A stretch of DNA of 57,984 nucleotides, filler included, from Sphacelaria rigidula (lineage: Eukaryota), in NCBI GenBank assembly GCA_964200075.2. It is 4 parts of 4 records of this genome, joined end to end, with 100 filler letters (N's around TTAATTAATTAA, not from the genome) between each part and the next. Parts side by side here need not be neighbours in the genome. Positions count along the whole stretch, not along the records: positions 43,567 to 57,984 come from CAXNAA020002259.1; 3 more parts are not named here. The stretch is one strand, 5' to 3'. The position numbers and the translations under genes are program-made. Shown piece by piece: positions 50,856 through 57,984 of this stretch (its first letter is position 1; each line of letters begins with the position of its first letter). The notes under the pieces are model-generated. The model did not search any database, was not told the DNA's origin, and worked only from the letters and a program-made list of their open reading frames with translations.

Positions 50856-53800
50856 ACGGTATTATATGAAACAAAGTTAAAGTAGTGCGCAGCAGGGGCA
50901 ACGCGAAGGGCGTATCCCGAAAAGAGTTACACACTAAAGGGCACTGGTTCGAGTGCCGTGTGCTCCAAGTGAGCAGGTAGCGTAGGTTTGCAATTTACCA
51001 ATGCGGCGTGTCAAACAGGGCGTAGTTTTGGAAATCGCCACAACAACTGCGTTGTGGGGGAGAACAACCAGCGACTGGTAGGTTGCAATGTCACAAGCGT
51101 GTATTGTCGCGAATGGAACGTGTCTCGGAACAAAGAATTGTTTTTGGTCGAGAGAGGCTCAGTGAAAAAATCTCATAGCCGTTCAGGCTGTGTATTGCTA
51201 ATTATCGCGGTGTTGTACGGCGTCGCTCTACAGATGTACGAAGCACACTAGAAGAGAACAACAACAAAAAACTAGCGACGGATGACGTATATCGCGACGC
51301 AGCGGAAGTGTCAGAACGAGTACGAATCTCGTTTACAGATGTTCGTGGCCACCTGGTGGGGAATAAGAGATTGTGTTACGAAACGACCCGTGAAAGAAAA
51401 GATGCAAGGGACCGTGTATAATAATACTGAAATGTGAAAGCGGCAGGTTGCTGGCTTGGCAAAGGGCTCAGGTCAGAGACAGCAGCTAACTGTGGGCAAC
51501 GATGCACCCTATGCAGTGTTTCCTATAACAAACCTGTAGTGGAAGTCGTGTCCTGTCAGGAAAGAGGGGGCGACAAGGCCAAACACGCGAGCCAGCGATG
51601 GCTGGGCGTGTCACCGTGCTGTACTGAACGACCAGGAATAGTTACGTTGTGCACATATCACGCACGTGAAGTGCGAAGTGCAGGTGTATATTTAGCAAAA
51701 TACACAGCAACACAGCAAAGTGGGGTTAGCGCGTCCATGCGCGTTGACCTAGCGTGGCACAAAGCGTGCAGCCAAATGCTGCAGCAAGCGGGGAGAGGCA
51801 AGAGTCGTGAGTCGCGAGCACAATGTACGGGGTAACACAAAGGGGAAAGCTTCGCAGTAGCTGGCACCTGACTATCTAGCAAGTCGGGGAACAGCTAAAT
51901 AAATTTGCCTACCTCAATTAAAGACTACGAAGAGAAAAATCGTCGACAGCAAGCCACGCGCACGTAGCTCGAAACGCAGAGATACGGTCAGTGTTAAGAA
52001 GGGAAACACAATTGCAAAAGAAGAGGCTCTTTAGTCGAACGCCAAATGTAAGGGGGTTATACTGGGTGAATAGCAAGCACAGGCTCACCAGGCAGGGCAA
52101 GGGGACAGTCAACAGGCCGTACAACCAAGCCACAAAGGTACCGTTCAGTGTACGTTCACACTGTATACCGATCTCGCACAGATGTGTCCAAAAATACCAA
52201 AATGTCACGCGTAGGTAAATGTTATCACTTCTTAATTGCTTGGTCTTGACCTTACACTATCCAACCTCTCAGTCCAGTCTCTCACGCTCAATCAATCAGT
52301 CTCACCGGTGTTAGACTTCTTTGCTGTGAGAGGGGAGTAGATCGTAGTGAGGTAGGGTGGCTCGGATGTGCAAAGACACACCCAAGTTATCACCATCTCT
52401 GCCATATACAAGTTCACACTCGTACCTGACCAACTTTGAACAGACCCTGCAGTCTTAGAATAACCAGAAATGCAATATAAAGCCGGACTCATCTGACTCA
52501 TCGACGGATCTGAGGCGGTATGACAACAGGCTAATATGCTCCTCATGATATTACAGACCATACGGAGTTGTCGATCAGGGGTATGATGGGCTTTACAGAT
52601 CTTACAAAATTGGCGGGAATCGATAAGAAACGTTTTGCGAAACTGTTGGGTACCAGTTTGGAAGTTGATACACGGTTGACAGGATTGAGAAAAACACAGC
52701 AGAAGCCATTCGACCCGGTGAAGACGCGGGATTTTTTCCCACACCATGCCCAACAGGTGTAGATTCGCTTCAACCGTAAATCGTATGACAACACACACAG
52801 CCTGTTGACAGCACTGATGAGGATGGAACGAGTTGTCATCACTTATGTACACGATCAAAACCACAGTGTTCGAAAAGAACGAAAATTCGAAAAATGAAGA
52901 ACGCAACACGTCTGAGAAAAGGCGAGAATAGACTGAGAAGAGGCGAGACAGGAAAGACGGGAGAAAGACCAACACAGACGGCGATGACGACAGTAGATGC
53001 GACTTCTTGCGGATTTGGCTGCACTCGGGCTCACCTTCTTGTCGCTCCTCCTTAGGCCGATTTTCTGGTCGGTCCATCCTTGTTATCCGACCTATCTGTT
53101 ACAGATTTATTGGTCATGTTCCGGTCGACTGGGTTTCATTTGTCATACTTTGTCATGCTTGGTACCCGACGGGTCATACGACATTGTTTGATTGAATCCA
53201 GCTGCCTGCCCCCTTTGGGTCAGAGTCGTTTTGGACCATACATCTCAACTAGCAAAGCACAAGTTAGCCTGTACGCCAATAATACAAGAGCATCTACGCC
53301 ATCACGGACTGCGATCTCAGAGGATTCTCTGGTCGTCACAAAATGTAAGCTTGACCTTCATGCAGCACATGTTGTGCTGCAGCCTGCGCGGTTCATGACA
53401 TGCCACCTGACCACTGGTGCGGTGGTTGACTCGCACTCGATAATATCGAACTCAATGGTTTCGATACTGAAGACTGTGTTTAGGCCTACTAGCCCCGGTG
53501 CCCACTGAACTGGCATCTTCCTACCCAGGTCGCAAGTATCGTACCATGACATATCCGCTCCCCGAGAAAAACTTGACGTGACAGCCCGATTTGAGTTTGC
53601 TCGTAGTAGGGTTGGTAGCGGAGAGTGAACGTCTCCATCGCCCTCGTACTCTTCGATGAGGAGAACCTGTACGCTCGCCGTTTGTCCACATAGAAACTGA
53701 GATTATTTGAGATCAATCGCGTATCCGATGACCTATAGCTTGTTGTTTAGATGATCGGATCGGTGTAAGGCGGTGAATGTCGATCACATACTTTAACATC

Positions 53801-55789
53801 CCCTCCACGTCAGCCACGGACGGCGTCGGCACGCAGAAGCGAAGACAACAAAGAAAGCAGCAATGGAGCTGAACTTTCTTGAGGGTGTTTAAAGTGATTC
53901 GGAGAGCCGGTTGCAGCATGTGATGCCTCCAACCTCCAAAAGTGCCTTGATTAAAGTTGCGACAGTCAAGTCTGAGAAGGTTAATCAGGACTCGCTGTGG
54001 TGAAAAGGGGTCGCATTGGGAGTGTTCTCGAGTGCGCCTAGAGACGGAAGCGAAACACAACGCCATGAGCACCAATGAAGCTGAAACTTGTTTAGGGCGT
54101 CTTGAGAGCGATGGGATGGTTTTTCGCGCAGCGCGGCTTCGAATCAATTCGGGAAAACAAAAAGTGCGTAGTTCGGAGCTTCATAGTGAGGCCCGGACGG
54201 ATATGACACGACAGGACGTTTATTAATTTCTGATCAGTAGAAGTCTTTTAAACCCTACGCGCCTCAAAGGAAATAGACGAGGTGAACGGATTCCTCTGAA
54301 TTGCGGGGGGCAGCTGAAATGAAGATAGTATGATCGATTAAAAAAAACATAGATTGGATGTTTTCGTGTATTTGAGAGTCCAGCGTTGACTGAGATTGAG
54401 TTTGATACACTCGCCTTACCTTGGCCGATTTTTCATCCTGTGTGTGCTTTTCCTATAACGCTGTTGTGTGCTTACAGCTACACGTTGATACCCTACTCCG
54501 GGATACCACGTATCCTACTCAGGGATATCACAGGCTTCAGTGACAAACTACTGTCGGGCCACATGGAGGGGCATTTCGGAACTGAAACACTTCATTCATT
54601 AATTGACTGCTCCTCACTCTCAATTTCATGGAATCATTGTTACACATATCTTCTGCGCGCATCATCTGCGGTCTTCGAAGTGATGTAGCTTTCCAAGGCT
54701 GTGCTTAAAAAAGATATACCCGAGATGGGGTATACCGAGAAGTGAGGGGTTTTGGTTGGCTTACTAAACCGTACCGAAATGTGTACCGAACAATCCGGTA
54801 TGGTTCAGCAGGGCACCTAACCCTATTCCCGACACTCCGGTACGCTTCGGAAGGGTATTCACCGATAAAGTATCTTTTTTGTACATCTGTAGGTAGTGTA
54901 CCGGGATTACAGAACGCTATCTTGTAACTCTCCACGAAGGACGACCATGAAGTTGCGGAAAACATTTCACACCGTGGACAATGGAATATATCATTAAAAA
55001 GTGTACTGCGTGCAGCATCGAATTTTGTGGCCATTGCAGTAGACTACAGATTCCATACTGTACGCAGTACAATTTTTGACAATAGAATTTTTTATCCAGG
55101 GTGCGAAACATTATAATATTTGAGGGGGGGGGGGAGAACTAGGAGAACACTGACGGAAAATTGCCGCATGCTTTCTTCATGGGTCAAGATTTATGGGTGT
55201 GCGTGGAAAGCATGACGCCACATGATGGAATATTAACCGAAAACACGTACACATGAAAAACTGCTGGAGAAAAAAAAACAACTTTCATGAGGTCTCAGCC
55301 TCGACGCTAACCCCCGTGTGCACACGGTACGAAACCCCGCTCAACACTCCGCGCCAAAGGATAAGAGAAATAGTGCTGCTTTGCGATCAAGTGGTGAAGA
55401 AAGAAAAAATGGACCAACCATCTACTCTTTTTTGAACGAGCCGAAGAGGAAAAGCCTCCCCATTCCTGTTTAAAAGTGAAAAAAAAAAACTTTGGACCTC
55501 CATCTGGTCCTCTCCTTGACACATACCGAAGGTTTGGCGACTACTTTCACACGTCAAACGTCACGCGTCGTCGTTCGGACGCTGCTGGATCAAGCACGGT
55601 TGAACGATACTCCATGCATTAGTTTCCATCAATGGAAACCACTGACTGAAGGACCCCCCTCCCACAGCGGCGTAACGTATCCTACACGAGAAAAAATTAC
55701 GGCACCGGTCGACCTCTCGTCCCTCCACTCTCCTTCAAGAGGGAGGGAATGCTCACGTAAAATAGGCCACAAACTAGGGTCGTGCTATA

Positions 55790-57740
55790 CCCGCAACAGG
55801 TGCAGTTCGGGTTAGGGGGAAAGAGCTGGATGGATCCATCGTCAAATGGGGAACCGGACCGGTCCGTAATCCGACACATTTCTTCCCGCTTGCATCACCG
55901 TTCGCAACCGAAGATCCAGCAGTGCAAGAACTATTTTTTGCCGTCCATTGAGCAGGAGCTAGTGGTAGAAAAAGAAGTAGCAAGCATAAACACGTACACA
56001 AGGACGCACGGGTAGGGACGGGTATCCGCCTCTCGACGCAAAACACACGACCATGAATAATAAAACCTTCTCCACAGCCACAGCCACAACGCGCACTGCC
56101 TCCCCGCCTCTTCCAGTACACACTTCCGGTAGGCTAGGATGACCTTCCGGAGGGGCTGGGGAGCGGCGAAGTCGGCCTCTACTCCAGACAAGCCAAAGAC
56201 CAATGAAATAATATGCGCCCACACTAACCTGAAGATGAAACGCTGAAACGCACTCTGTAGAACGAATCTTCACTAGGGATCAAGCGGCGAACGAGATCCT
56301 TCAACAAGACATACTCACGGGCGTATTCTTTGGCGTTGAGTTTGACGCCGGTCACAGCCACGGGGCCACGGCGACAAATTGCCACGGGATAAAAGCACCA
56401 CGGGTCCAAGTGCCACAGGGTCCAAGTGTCACAGGAACAAATTGATCGCTGTCGATAACAGCTTCGGCTGCACGTCGCACACTGGAGGTTCACGCACGTA
56501 CCACGAGCATCCGACCATTGGCAGGGTGTTACAAATTAACAACCCTGCCGCACACAGGTACACATCGACGAAACGCACAGTATAGTAGAGAGGGCAGCGA
56601 CGTAGACACAGCACATCGAACACAGAACATGGACCATGAACAAACAGAAACTGCGGCCCGTGTAGACGTGCCCAAAGCGCACAGACCCCGCCCCCGTTTT
56701 CTGTGTGCCCACAGTCGTCCATGGACAAACCACGGCGGCAGGGGCCGCGCGGTGCGATGCTCAGAAGCTACTCTTTGCCGCCCTCCAGTCCTCCACGGGT
56801 CTAAACCAGCCGTTTAGATTGGAAGAAGGCTTGCAGATGCCGTACTTGGTACACGCCTATGAAGATCAGTAGCACGACCTTTATTGGAAACACCAAAGGA
56901 CAACGGGGTAGACAAGGAGACACAACACGGGAAAATAAACCACGCACAGCCGAGAGACACACAGACAGAGGCGCACCGGAAACTATTACAAAACTATTTA
57001 GCATCACAGAGAGGGGGCGATAGCGTGTAATCATGTACATTTCATGACAACATATTTCAATACTACAAATATTCGACATTACAGCCAGGGGGCGATAACG
57101 TGTCAAAATGTTGAGATCATGACAACAGATGACGAGGACAAAAACCATCTGCACAGTAGCCCAAAAAGGTGAGAAAAGCGCGCACATGAGGTCGTGATCT
57201 GATGTGATGATGGAACATGAACATGACCATTCGCACGGCAATGCAAAATCGAGCTCGGATATTCCACACATCCACGATACAATTGCACCATTGTTTCGTC
57301 AATAAAGAAGAGGATTTTTTCAATGGGGCGGACAATAAAACCCTTTTGATTGCCATCTCAGTATATCGCTCATCATTCAAGTGATAAATGATGCCGATTC
57401 ACCGGATAATCGACATTGGCGGTGAGAGGGTTAATTCAAACACTGCGTATACATCATTAATGCTGCCTTAGCGCGACTGCTGCTGGGCAGATATTTACTC
57501 TCCACTCAAGTCCACGGGACACGGGACACGGGACACAGGACACCATCAGCATAACCACACGTCATCGTCCTTCATATCCACAGCAAGCACCGGTGCCTCC
57601 GACAATCCAGAACAACAAGACTGGTGGAGAAGGTAAACGTTCAGTTGTACCCGAATCGTCGACGGACGGACGCATCGGTTCCTCCTCCAGGGAGGCTCGA
57701 AGACGTTCTACCAATGGGGTCAAAACCACAGCCAGGTACG
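55790..57740 (-). CDS. Possible multi-exon gene fragments of unknown function
   Basis: GC-rich exon-like blocks with plausible splice sites (VVLLIFIGVYQ near 56850-56880; GVKLNAKEYAREYVLLKDLVRRLIPSEDSFYR near 56255-56370; ADFAAPQPLRKVILAYRKC near 56110-56185); not joined into a recognisable protein. Confidence 0.25.
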
Positions 57741-57984
57741 TGATATGTGTCCCGCTCACGTATAGCCATTGATTGACCTCACATGTTATCCACAGCGGAT
57801 GTCCATGTATCGCAATGTTCCCCGCCTTCCCCCCCGGGAGCCGTTTCGAAAGGGATACGTGGTTGATGATCAAACGACAAAGGCAAGCAACAAATGAGTA
57901 CCCTTCCCCCCCCCGGGAAGGATGGATATCGGCGCCGGGGGGGGGGGGGGGGGGCAAAAAAAGGGGAAGACCACACTTGTGAAC

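Noticed and set aside
52292-53077. 261-aa minus-strand ORF
   Set aside because: Composition looks like the antisense shadow of a purine-rich strand; no recognisable motif.
54705-54890. TACCG-rich segment with weakly inverted ends
   Set aside because: Probably a MITE remnant, but no TSD or second copy in the window supports it.

Overview
Eukaryotic, intron-rich and repeat-dense genomic DNA. The GT-AG multi-exon genes with kb-scale introns, long poly-G/C tracts and TE complement look most like a brown alga (Phaeophyceae, Ectocarpus-like); this is inference. The window is four contigs joined by 100-bp N linkers carrying TTAATTAATTAA (14424-14523, 28946-29045, 43467-43566), so adjacency across the linkers is unverified. 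Three minus-strand genes could be spliced by hand with phase-consistent exons: (1) a Cys-rich, multi-pass membrane receptor-like gene (9 exons, 283-14326); (2) a Q/P/G-rich gene with a FAR1/MULE-type (WRKY-GCM1-like) DNA-binding domain split by introns (about 14.9-18.6 kb); (3) ATG6/Beclin-1 (34691 to about 41340). Mobile DNA includes a decayed Ty1/copia pol, a Ty3/gypsy-like LTR-PBS-gag-protease interrupted by a 441-bp palindromic MITE, a CACACC-ended MITE family with 8-bp TSDs, a tRNA-derived SINE head and an (AATC)n-tailed non-LTR family. The most unusual signals are 11 fragments of one ~300-bp LTR-like repeat, ten of which start at the same end directly after a G-tract, and a ~1.44-kb almost loopless palindrome inside an intron.
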